A DNA stretch of 34,662 bases, from contig JBHLOC010000049.1 of assembly GCA_048940925.1 (NCBI GenBank), positions 1 through 34,662 on the forward strand, read 5' to 3'. The DNA comes from Promethearchaeota archaeon (GTDB lineage: Archaea > Asgardarchaeota > Lokiarchaeia > Sigyniarchaeales > SOKP01). Of this stretch, positions 9,291 to 18,600 are shown piece by piece. A model generated the notes under the pieces. The model saw only the letters and a program-made list of their open reading frames with translations. It was not told where the DNA came from and searched no databases. Made by a program: the position numbers and the translations under genes. How positions within the stretch are numbered: position 1 is the stretch's first letter; each line of letters begins with the position of its first letter.

Positions 9291-10019
9291 TTATATCCAG
9301 GGATGATAAAAAGGAAAGACAATGTAAAATAGATAAAATAATCCAATTATAAAAATGTATAATAGTAACATAATGAAATAACGTAATTTTTTATGATCAA
9401 TTACAGAAAAATGTTTGATTAAATTATAAGGAAGTAATCTTGGGAACATAAATCCTGTATTTTCATAATAATCTTGAAATTCCTTTGGGTATTTTTTCTT
9501 TAATCTAGTATCTCCTAAATCTGAATAGATAATTATGAAAAATATGAATTGGACCCATGAGATTAAATTACCTATTCTTATTCCATGAAGAATAAAAAAT
9601 GGAAATACCATGATAATTATTGATAAATTTTGGGGATGTCGAACATACTTATAAAAACCATCTCTTACTATGCATTGTTCTTTTCTTAAACCATGTATTA
9701 ATTGACCTAATGAAATTAAAAAAAGTATTAAACCAACTAGAAAAATGAACAATTGGATAAAATGATATAAATCTGAACCAATGAATGGAAAACAAAACAA
9801 ATATGAATTTAGCCAAGAAAAACTAGGATCTTCCCATATTATGAGGGGATCAGCAAATGTCCATGAAAATTCCCAAAAATAGAATAATAAAAAAAAAATA
9901 CCGCTAAGAAACAACATGGGGAAAAGAATTGCCACTAAAACTGGACTATAAATAATATAAAAACTAAAAAACTTTGAAAATACTTCAATAATCTTCTTTA
10001 AAGAATCTTCTTTAATCAT
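9291..10019 (-). CDS. Integral membrane methyltransferase-family protein (ICMT/PEMT/Ste14-like)
   Basis: Multiple TMs; GFYKYVRHPQN motif and L...Y...F.DY...T..M.P motif. Confidence 0.75.
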   Translation of the reverse strand: MIKEDSLKKIIEVFSKFFSFYIIYSPVLVAILFPMLFLSGIFFLLFYFWEFSWTFADPLIIWEDPSFSWLNSYLFCFPFIGSDLYHFIQLFIFLVGLILFLISLGQLIHGLRKEQCIVRDGFYKYVRHPQNLSIIIMVFPFFILHGIRIGNLISWVQFIFFIIIYSDLGDTRLKKKYPKEFQDYYENTGFMFPRLLPYNLIKHFSVIDHKKLRYFIMLLLYIFIIGLFYLFYIVFPFYHPWI

Positions 10020-10047
10020 AATCTCATAATAATTTTTTATATTAATT

Positions 10048-10992
10048 TTACAATGAAAGATTATGGAGTTGAGCTCTAAATTTTTTCATTCGTTTTGATC
10101 GTCTATAAATAGCATACGCTATTATGGTAACAATTCCGGAAGAAAATCCTATTAAAATGGAAAATACACTCCTTTCTGTATTGTAAACAATAACTTTATA
10201 GAACACTTTATTATCTAAATCTTTTACAATAAAATGGGAGTAAAATCCATTTTTCCCATAGGTAAGTTCAATGTAATATTTTTCTATGCCAAATCGTTCC
10301 ATACTAAGAGTATTTCCTTGAACAGAAGTATGATTTAAAGATAAATTATCTATTAAAGAGGATAAATATTCTTCATAAGGCTCTAATATTACAATCTGGT
10401 TAAGCATAAGGAACAAAAAGAAATCTTCAAGGGTATAATTAAAGAAAATACTAAACCCTACAGATTTTGCTTTAGTATTATTATTAACTTCGTTTTTCAA
10501 AGAAAAAAAGTCTTTAATAAAACTACTGAGATTATCAGGTGTTTTAAATGCATAGAGTAGACTCTTAATATTTGCTTCCTTGTCTGTAAACTGTGAATTA
10601 GTGAACTCCCATTTTGTCCTATCAATATAAATTATGTCATAAGTATTGGGATAATTTCTATTGATATAGATATCACCATACCCAAGATTTTGAAGCATAG
10701 ACCAAATTTCATATTTATCCTTACTACAAAAATAGTTTGATATCAGGGAACTAATGGTTCTATTTAGACAAGAAAATGACCATCTAATAATAAATTTGCT
10801 CCTTACTCCTTTTTGATTCGAATCTCCCGAAAACCATTTATTTGGCTCAAGGGTCTCATTAATTACGGAATTCCATTTTGTTTTATTATATTGGACAACC
10901 TCAATAATCTTTGGTCCTATTTTATATGAAAATTTGTAAGGATGTTTTATACCTACTATTGGTGGAGATAGAAAAGTAAAGAAAACTAACAC
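10048..10992 (-). CDS. Hypothetical exported protein with C-terminal TM; true start probably near 11050
   Basis: Frame stays open upstream to 11046 (KKIITAANKIKGVNLCLLVLVFF...). C-terminal TM followed by RRSKRMKK. Confidence 0.7.
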   Translation of the reverse strand: MLVFFTFLSPPIVGIKHPYKFSYKIGPKIIEVVQYNKTKWNSVINETLEPNKWFSGDSNQKGVRSKFIIRWSFSCLNRTISSLISNYFCSKDKYEIWSMLQNLGYGDIYINRNYPNTYDIIYIDRTKWEFTNSQFTDKEANIKSLLYAFKTPDNLSSFIKDFFSLKNEVNNNTKAKSVGFSIFFNYTLEDFFLFLMLNQIVILEPYEEYLSSLIDNLSLNHTSVQGNTLSMERFGIEKYYIELTYGKNGFYSHFIVKDLDNKVFYKVIVYNTERSVFSILIGFSSGIVTIIAYAIYRRSKRMKKFRAQLHNLSL

Positions 10993-11056
10993 GAGTAGGC
11001 ATAGATTAACTCCTTTTATTTTATTTGCAGCTGTAATTATTTTTTTTCACCTATTA

Positions 11057-11914
11057 TTATAATTCTCTCCTTTTAAACAAGAGCGCTGCTCCCAAAAGAC
11101 AGAGAGCACTATAAATTATCATGGCTACAATTCCTCCGGATATTGAAGGAGTCAGCCACGTTCTTGTTCTAAAATTTTCTCCAATAAAATCATCTGTAAA
11201 TCGCTCTTTTCTTGGGAGGGGTAAATCTTCTGAATATATATAGTAGAGTAAGCGTTGTAAATACTCGATCGAATAGTATGGTTCTAAATCAGGTAATAGA
11301 CCTCCTATCAAAACAGTTATAAACGGGAATCCAATTAATATAAGCAAAAGAGATGATACAATCGTGATACTTTCTGTTTTCATCAACGCACTAAAAAAGG
11401 TAATAAAACTTCCCAATGTAAATATAAATAATAACGCTATACTATAGGCATATAACAGTCTCACATTAAGAGGTGGACCATAAAAGTAAAATCCGAGCAA
11501 TCCTAACATAAAATAATAGAGTGTAATTATCCCTAATAATAATACATAGTTACCTAAGAATTTTCCAATAAGTAATTTATATCCATGTATTTTGGGAAAC
11601 GTCATATAGCCAGTTTTTTTAACAAATTCAGAACATATAATCCCCGAAAAGAAAAAGGTTCCTGTAAGAGTAAGACTAAGTGCAATATCCATAGGATCGC
11701 TCCAATAAAAATCTAATAACGTTTCTGATATAGGGTCATTTTTTAAAATATATGGATACCATTTGTAAAATAAAATAAGAAAAACGGTAATTAAAGAAAA
11801 CGCGATGAATTTTTTCCATTGTTTTTTAATTTCAAAAACACTTGTCTCAAAAACAGACTGAATACCTAAATAAATGTGATTCAAAAATTTCTTTACTTTA
11901 TGCATTTTTCTCAT
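11057..11914 (-). CDS. ABC-2 type transporter permease
   Basis: About 6 TMs; GIICSEF..KTGY..FPKI....LLIGKF motif; overlaps the ATPase gene. Confidence 0.85.
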   Translation of the reverse strand: MRKMHKVKKFLNHIYLGIQSVFETSVFEIKKQWKKFIAFSLITVFLILFYKWYPYILKNDPISETLLDFYWSDPMDIALSLTLTGTFFFSGIICSEFVKKTGYMTFPKIHGYKLLIGKFLGNYVLLLGIITLYYFMLGLLGFYFYGPPLNVRLLYAYSIALLFIFTLGSFITFFSALMKTESITIVSSLLLILIGFPFITVLIGGLLPDLEPYYSIEYLQRLLYYIYSEDLPLPRKERFTDDFIGENFRTRTWLTPSISGGIVAMIIYSALCLLGAALLFKRREL

Positions 11915-12959
11915 TTTCTTCTTCAGTTTTATTATCTTTAGAGTCTTTCTTTCCTATCAGTTCAGTGTAAAGATGCTCAAGTTGTGAAGTCTTAGATTGT
12001 GAAAATGAAGATAACGTGAAGTCAGATTTGAACTTAGTAACTAAAATATCTAAGATATCACTTCTGGTTTTTTCTTCACCATTATAGCGAATTTTGAGCA
12101 TCTGTTTGTTAGAATCATATTGTATTAAGTTATGAAACGCATTTGATTTCATCGAACTTTCTAAATAGGGCTTTGTTATCTTATTCAATTTCTCTAAGAC
12201 TTTGTTAATTTGATTTTTTGGGATGGGATATAGCAATTTACATATTAATTCACTAATTTCTAACTCTCTTTCTAAGTTATCAATTGTGTCAAATCCAACT
12301 ATTTCACCATGATCAATAAGCGCAATTCTATCGCAAAGTTCTGAAATCTCATGAAGTAAATGAGAAGCAACAAAGATGGTCTTATATTGTGTTTGAAGCT
12401 CTCTTATAAAATGTCTAATATCAATGCGTGCTTTCGGATCTATACCTGTCTGAGGTTCGTCCAAGAATATAATTTCCGGATCATGAATTACTGCTTGAAT
12501 TAATCCTAATTTTTGAAGCATTCCTTTAGAGAATTTTTTAGTATTCGTATATTTCCATTCAAATAAATTAAAGCGTTGTAAAAGCTCATCTATTCTCCTT
12601 TCTATGTTTTTTTTAGGGAAATGGTTCACTTTAGCATAATATTTCAAAATTTGATATGGTGTCAGTTTGTAAAAGGAGGGAATATCTATCATAAAACCTT
12701 GGGGAATGAGATTTCCAGTACGCTTAAAGATGTTTTGTAAATTCCCTGATCTATTTCTCAGTAATATTCTACCGGAACTTGGACGTGTAATGCTTGCAAT
12801 CATCTTTATGACTGTAGTCTTTCCTGCTCCATTTGGACCAATAAGTCCGATAATTTCGTTTTCTTGGATTTCTAAATTAATATTACTTACCGCTTTATGA
12901 TTTCCATATTTCTTTGTTAGATCAATTAATTTTAAAATAATAGCTGAGATAAAAGGCAC
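11898..12959 (-). CDS. ABC transporter ATP-binding protein (ABC-2/DrrA-like)
   Basis: Walker A GPNGAGKTT, signature FSKGM, Walker B IFLDEP, switch ASH. Confidence 0.95.
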   Translation of the reverse strand: MPFISAIILKLIDLTKKYGNHKAVSNINLEIQENEIIGLIGPNGAGKTTVIKMIASITRPSSGRILLRNRSGNLQNIFKRTGNLIPQGFMIDIPSFYKLTPYQILKYYAKVNHFPKKNIERRIDELLQRFNLFEWKYTNTKKFSKGMLQKLGLIQAVIHDPEIIFLDEPQTGIDPKARIDIRHFIRELQTQYKTIFVASHLLHEISELCDRIALIDHGEIVGFDTIDNLERELEISELICKLLYPIPKNQINKVLEKLNKITKPYLESSMKSNAFHNLIQYDSNKQMLKIRYNGEEKTRSDILDILVTKFKSDFTLSSFSQSKTSQLEHLYTELIGKKDSKDNKTEEENEKNA

Positions 12960-13210
12960 CTGAACCGGATTTACTAAATTGTCTAACCTATAAATAATTC
13001 ATTTCATATAAAAATTTTTTTTAACATTTAATTAAGATTTATATACAATCTGACACTAATTTGGGATCTTATTTTGTGTGGTAATAATGGCAATTCTAAC
13101 CATGATATTCTACGAGAATACTACATATCGGCTATAAGATTGTATCTTCATATTATATTACTTCTAATAAAATCCTTTGAAAAAAATATTTGACACAACT
13201 TTATTATAAA

Positions 13211-13262
13211 ATAAAAATCTTATAGATAACCTTAATAACGAAAAGAAGAAGTTATTATTTTG
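13211..13262. repeat. Second copy of the 52-bp repeat, directly upstream of ORF 13294
   Basis: Matches 3447-3498. Confidence 0.9.
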
Positions 13263-13293
13263 ATGACAAAAAAAATTTATTGCTGAATATCAA

Positions 13294-13566
13294 ATGGAGA
13301 AAATCAGATTAAAAGATAAACCTAAAGTAAGCGTAAAAAAAATAATAAATAAAATGAGATTAGCACTGATACAAATAATACACCCTATAACACTTATAGT
13401 AATTGCTATTTTGATTACTATTAAGTCTCTATTAATTGGAGTAATTTATATTTGTGATAAAGTTCAAGAAGCTTTAGTTAAATTGTTTTATCTTCAGAAA
13501 GGAAAAAAGAAGAATAAAGATATATATAATCGCTATATAGGGTCTTTTAGTTCCAATCTCCTCTAA
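13294..13566 (+). CDS. Small basic membrane protein
   Basis: 90-aa ORF with a central hydrophobic segment. Confidence 0.5.
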   Translation: MEKIRLKDKPKVSVKKIINKMRLALIQIIHPITLIVIAILITIKSLLIGVIYICDKVQEALVKLFYLQKGKKKNKDIYNRYIGSFSSNLL

Positions 13567-13778
13567 GATAATTCTGAGCGATAATTATTTTTTATGGGAA
13601 ATCAGGAAGAAAATGTGAAATCCTAATAAAGGAATTATAGAGAAGGAGAGTCTATGAAACATTAATTTTGTTAATCTATATTTAGCTAGTTTTATTTTAT
13701 TATAAAATATCACTATAAAATATATTATTTTTTTTAGAATTTGTCATACTTTATATCAACAAAATTTGTGAATAACTC

Positions 13779-14528
13779 CTATTGTACCATTAAACTTGTT
13801 AAAGGAATATAGACAAACATAGTATGGAAATTAGAATTAAAAGCTAAGAATTGTGTAAATATTAGACTTTCAGATTCTCCCAGATTATAATAATAATTAT
13901 ATTCTAAATTCATTTTAACTAGAATAATATTACTTAATGTTATCGTAAAAGCCATATTAAGTGCAAAGGGAATCTGAGTAAAATTTATATACCAATTCTC
14001 TACCCAAAATCGAGATTCATTTTCATAATAGCCACCATCAGCGGAAAATATCTCAGTATGGTTTGCATGCTCTGCTTTAATAATTGAGTTATTGTTGTAC
14101 GTCAGATATATTAAAGATTTATTAGTAGCTTCTAATGAATAAATAAAATTATCCTGATAACCTGGAAATAAATGAAATTTCTTTTTATCTTCATCAATTT
14201 GTACCTTTAAGGATTCGATGAATTCTCTGTCAATATGATAATAAGAATCAGACCTGCTTAAGTTATGAACTTCACCCCAATAATCTCGATACTTACAATA
14301 CTTTTGATATTCAAATAATTCACTTTTTTTGATTACACTCTTAAAATTTTGAATATCTCCTTCATAATTTATCTTATAGTATATTCTCGTTAATATTATG
14401 AAATTATTAATAAATAACCCGAATGTTATGATTAATCCAATTATAATTGTTATTACTATATATCCCCATTTTTTTCTTTTCATTTCGCTCTCTACTCTTT
14501 TGATATAAAAAAAATATGGCTTTAACAT
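13779..14528 (-). CDS. Hypothetical N-terminally anchored protein (probable start MKRKKWGY)
   Basis: TM after MKRKK. The paralogous fragment at 5847-5996 supports real coding status. Confidence 0.75.
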   Translation of the reverse strand: MLKPYFFYIKRVESEMKRKKWGYIVITIIIGLIITFGLFINNFIILTRIYYKINYEGDIQNFKSVIKKSELFEYQKYCKYRDYWGEVHNLSRSDSYYHIDREFIESLKVQIDEDKKKFHLFPGYQDNFIYSLEATNKSLIYLTYNNNSIIKAEHANHTEIFSADGGYYENESRFWVENWYINFTQIPFALNMAFTITLSNIILVKMNLEYNYYYNLGESESLIFTQFLAFNSNFHTMFVYIPLTSLMVQ

Positions 14529-15111
14529 CTTAAAGTATTTTTAGTTTAATAATCACATTATTACCTTCAATAATAAAGATGAACTCTAAAAACTTGTCTC
14601 TCTTTCCATAATAAATTCTAAATTGATTGCATTCAGAAATTTCATTATTATTTTCTGGACCAATTTCTTTTACTCTGAAATCTTCACTTAATCATAATAA
14701 TTTTCATACTTCTCTTATGGATGAATGAATTGCGGGTTTAAGATATAAGGATTCCCATTGACCATTTTGTAATTTTCCATATAACTCTATTGTTAACATT
14801 AATCGTAGAGTGGATTATCAATCCAATATTTCTGTTAGGGTTTCTTGGAATTTTATTATTTGTGGAAATAATGGCAATCCAGATGAAAAGGGATATAAAG
14901 AATTAAAGAGTAGCAACATAATTAAAAGATAAATAATTGGCTATATATCACTAAATACAACATTTTTAGAAAAAAATAATTCTGTTTTTAGAGATTCAAG
15001 GAAGGAGATTCTCGAAAATATTAAAAAATTCGGATTTTTTTAATAAAACACATAATTATTTAATTAAACATTCAATTATAGTTATTAATTAAATTTTATT
15101 TAAATGTTAAT

Positions 15112-16590
15112 ATGCGATCGGTTTTAATTGCTAATCGAGGAGAAATTGCGGTTCGGATAATACGTGCATGTCGGTTAAAAAACTTAAGGTCAATTGCTGT
15201 ATTCTGTGACGAAGATAAAGATTCCTTACACGTAAAATTAGCAGATGGAGCTTATGGATTAGGAGAAGAATCAGTTGAGTGTACCTACCTAAATATTCAA
15301 AAATTACTTGAAATAATTGAACGTTCAAGAGTTGATGCAGTTCACCCTGGGTATGGATTTTTAAGTGAAAACGCTGAGTTTGCTCGAGAAGTAATAAAAA
15401 TGGGCAAAATATTTATTGGTCCAAGTCCAGACATTATCGACTTCTTAGGTAACAAAGTTCAAGCGAAAAAGCTTGCCAAAAAAGTAAGTTTACCTGTCTT
15501 ACCAGGTTCAGATGGATTTGTAAGCTCATTTGAAGAAGCTAAATCAGTTGCTGATAAAATTGGATACCCCATAATAATTAAGGCTGCTTTTGGAGGAGGT
15601 GGGAGGGGAATGGAAATCGTAGAATCTGAGGAACATTTAAGGATGGCATTAGAGGGATGTCAATCAATAGCTTTAAAGTTTTTTGGACGCGAAGAATTAT
15701 TAATTGAAAAATCTGTTAACGCCCCCCGTCATGTAGAAATTCAATTTATTGGAGATAATTATGGAAATGTCGTTCATTTAGGGGATCGGGAATGTACGAT
15801 CCAACGATCACATCAAAAGCTTATTGAAGAAGCCCCTTCTTTTTTAACGAGAGAGATTGTAAATGAATTAGGAGAAAAAACATGCTCTTTAGCACGTGAA
15901 TTACATTATTCAAATGTAGGAACCGCTGAATTTCTTTGGAAAAACAATAAGATTTATTTCAATGAGATAAATCCAAGGATTCAAGTTGAACATGTGGTAA
16001 CTGAGATGGTTACTGGATTTGATTTAGTTGAAGAACAATTAAATATTGCTTCAAATAAGCCTTTAGACTTCACACAAGATGATGTTTCATTGAAAGGCCA
16101 CGCAATTGAATATCGAATAAATGCTGAAGACCCAAACAATTCCTTCTTACCTCAAAATGGGAGGATCACACGCCTGATCGTACCAGGTGGTCCAAATGTG
16201 AGATTTGATAGTCATATCTATCCCAATTATGTTATTCCTCATAATTTCGATTCATTAATCGGGAAATTAGTAGTCTGGGGACGAAACAGACGGAGAGCGA
16301 TTAACCTCTCCAAACATGCTTTAAAAGAATTAGCTATCTCAGGCATTAACACGAATTTAGACTTACATAAAGTAATTATTGAAACTAAAGAGTTCAAAAA
16401 AGGGGATTTAACTACTGACTTTTTGAACCGAACAGATGTCACTAACAACTTGAAAGATTTTGAAAGAAAGAAGCTTGCTGCCGTATTTCAAATAGTTAAA
16501 GATCTTAGATATACAATCCAACCAAATAATATTTATTCTAAAAAATCAAATAGATGGCTAGACATGGCTAAAATTGAGCAAGTGCGTTAA
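15112..16590 (+). CDS. accC: Biotin carboxylase subunit of acetyl/propionyl-CoA carboxylase
   Basis: VLIANRGEIAVRIIRAC, HPGYGFLSENA, GGGGRGM, RECTIQRSHQKL, EINPRIQVEH. Confidence 0.97.
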   Translation: MRSVLIANRGEIAVRIIRACRLKNLRSIAVFCDEDKDSLHVKLADGAYGLGEESVECTYLNIQKLLEIIERSRVDAVHPGYGFLSENAEFAREVIKMGKIFIGPSPDIIDFLGNKVQAKKLAKKVSLPVLPGSDGFVSSFEEAKSVADKIGYPIIIKAAFGGGGRGMEIVESEEHLRMALEGCQSIALKFFGREELLIEKSVNAPRHVEIQFIGDNYGNVVHLGDRECTIQRSHQKLIEEAPSFLTREIVNELGEKTCSLARELHYSNVGTAEFLWKNNKIYFNEINPRIQVEHVVTEMVTGFDLVEEQLNIASNKPLDFTQDDVSLKGHAIEYRINAEDPNNSFLPQNGRITRLIVPGGPNVRFDSHIYPNYVIPHNFDSLIGKLVVWGRNRRRAINLSKHALKELAISGINTNLDLHKVIIETKEFKKGDLTTDFLNRTDVTNNLKDFERKKLAAVFQIVKDLRYTIQPNNIYSKKSNRWLDMAKIEQVR

Positions 16591-16668
16591 ATAAATTAAA
16601 TTTATTTATTTTTTTTAACTAATCTCAAAAAAGTTTAAATCTACAAGAAATCAATCTTACAAAAGTTT

Positions 16669-17157
16669 TTAATTTTCTATTTTAAGTAATTGTTGATCTT
16701 GCCTTACATTATCCCCAACATTCACAAAAATTTGAGTTACCTTTCCTTTTATTGGAGATAATATCCTATTTTTCATTTTCATCGCTTCTATTATTAATAT
16801 TAGTTGTTCTTTTTCAACAAGATCTTGTTCTTTAACTAAGATTTGTAAGATTTTTCCTGGAATGGGGGCACGCACAACAATTTTTTTGCCGTGTTGGTTA
16901 TCAGCACTAGTTTCACCTGATTTTAAATAAGGTTTTATTTCAATATCGATTTCTTCCCCTTCTAAAATTAACTTTCCATCAATTAGTTCTAAAGTAAACT
17001 GACAATCCTCAAATATCACCCTATATAGCTTTTCAGTCTCTCGAATTACAATCGGTGAATAAATATGGTCATCAACTTTTAATTTTCCATCATCTAAAGG
17101 AGTGATAATATATTCTCTACCATGAAATAACACCTTTTTTTGCATGATTATTTTCAC
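16669..17157 (-). CDS. accB: Biotin carboxyl carrier protein (ATG at 17145 is a likely start)
   Basis: C-terminal biotinyl domain VRAPIPGKI...IEAMKMKN...P..G.V. Confidence 0.95.
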   Translation of the reverse strand: MKIIMQKKVLFHGREYIITPLDDGKLKVDDHIYSPIVIRETEKLYRVIFEDCQFTLELIDGKLILEGEEIDIEIKPYLKSGETSADNQHGKKIVVRAPIPGKILQILVKEQDLVEKEQLILIIEAMKMKNRILSPIKGKVTQIFVNVGDNVRQDQQLLKIEN

Positions 17158-17962
17158 ATTTTTTGGCTTTGTTGTTTGAAACTAAATGATTTTGAAAGAA
17201 ATCAGTGATCTTTTCACACATGATTTGAAAATGATTTTTATCAGTAAAATTATGGTTTGCACCATCAATTATTTCAATTTTCTTATTTTTAGATTTAACT
17301 CTATTAAAGAGTTGTTGAAAACCATATTCAGGAAATAATGCATCTTTATTCCCTGCAATTAAATAAAATGGTTTTGTTAAATTGGATGCTAATTTTCTAG
17401 GGTTAAATTGCCTAGTTTGTTCTGAATATGCTTCTTTATAATCAACATCTGGAAATCGCATTTCCTTATTACGAGTCAAAGCTCTTATGAAAAATTTAAA
17501 CAATGGATTATTTGGGATAATCTCTGTATCAAAGACGGGTGATCGTATCGCAAGGCATTTCACACGATTATCTCTCACTGTATGGCAAAGAGCCATTGCT
17601 CCTCCAAAACTTTCCCCAAATAAACCAATTTTTAAAGGATCTATTCTGATATGTTTTACTAAGTAATCTATAACTCGTTCAATATTAGCTTGTGCATCAT
17701 AATATGTAAAAATACCAGTACTCATTCTTACTCCTTGATGATCATAAGTAAAATAGGCAATGTTATTCTTAATAAAGTACGGTGCAAATCTATTTTCATC
17801 TTCTTCTGGCGAATTTCCAGGCATCCCATTAACTCGAATGACAAGAGGGACAGGATTCTTAACTTCTGTTTTGAAATCCTTAACCTCAGGTAAATATAGA
17901 ATACTGTGTAAGATCTCTGAACGCACCTTAACTTCTATAACTAATTTTTCCATGTTAAACAC
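17117..17962 (-). CDS. Alpha/beta-fold serine hydrolase; candidate thioesterase or acyl-release enzyme
   Basis: Nucleophile elbow GESFGG, acid AGNKD, His GANH; begins 25 bp after the megasynthase stop. Confidence 0.85.
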   Translation of the reverse strand: MFNMEKLVIEVKVRSEILHSILYLPEVKDFKTEVKNPVPLVIRVNGMPGNSPEEDENRFAPYFIKNNIAYFTYDHQGVRMSTGIFTYYDAQANIERVIDYLVKHIRIDPLKIGLFGESFGGAMALCHTVRDNRVKCLAIRSPVFDTEIIPNNPLFKFFIRALTRNKEMRFPDVDYKEAYSEQTRQFNPRKLASNLTKPFYLIAGNKDALFPEYGFQQLFNRVKSKNKKIEIIDGANHNFTDKNHFQIMCEKITDFFQNHLVSNNKAKKCENNHAKKGVISW

Positions 17963-17987
17963 AAAATTTATTTATTTGATCTATAGA

Positions 17988-18600
17988 TTAAAGTTCACAA
18001 TAAGATAATACATATTTTTCAGTATATACAGATTTGAGTGTTAATTTCTTAAATCTTTTGGTTAATTCTGATTTACCTTTTTTAGTGATCAGTGAAAACT
18101 TCTTTTGCTTTTCATCAAATCTTAGTTCAAAATCACGAAAATTGACATGAAAACCTTCCCCAATTGCTTTTGAGCATGCTTCCTTGGCAGTCCAATATAT
18201 TGTTCCCAATTTATCATTTTCCGATATAAGCTCTCTTTCTGACTCAGTAAACACTTCTTTATAAAAAGATGGAGAACGTGGTTCAATTAGTTCTAGATCG
18301 ATCCCTACTTGGTTCTTACTAATGATAGCAATGGAAAACTCATGTGAGTGGCTAATTGAAAGATTTATTGGAAGTTTTTGTTTATCTTTCTTTGAATAAT
18401 AGAATGGTTTCCCCTTATTGTTCTTTTGAATTTCAATGTCAAGATAAGAGAAGTTGTTTGAGAATTGCTTTAGATAACATTCTTTTGCGGTTATAATTCC
18501 TGAGAAATATTCAAGCTTTCTTTTCTCATTTTTAAAGCGCTTAGAACCTTCAATCTCGTATTTAGTTAAATGTGTTTCCAAAAATTTATTATCTGATTGA
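17988..18600 (-). other. PKS domain: Sfp-type 4'-phosphopantetheinyl transferase
   Basis: KRKLEYFSG, NNKGKP, NLSISHS, VGIDLE, FTESE, WTAKEACSKAIGEG. Confidence 0.9.

Noticed and set aside
454-13262. Dispersed repeats as a CRISPR array, integron attC array or IS ends
   Set aside because: No regular repeat-spacer periodicity; no cas, integrase or transposase gene; no target-site duplications identified.
14740-14906. Hydrophobic plus-strand open stretch (..FHITLLLTLIVEWIINPIFLLGFLGILLFVEIMAI..)
   Set aside because: Likely a membrane-gene remnant, but it lacks a start and any identifiable homology.
4340-16448. ORFs 4340..4549, 8682..8936, 12706..12900, 15131..15328 and 16239..16448
   Set aside because: Antisense or out-of-frame shadows of real genes or of the pseudogene.
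15112-17157. Carboxylase as evidence of 3-hydroxypropionate/4-hydroxybutyrate carbon fixation or pyruvate carboxylase
   Set aside because: No other cycle genes or pyruvate-carboxylase CT in the window; the PKS context explains it better.
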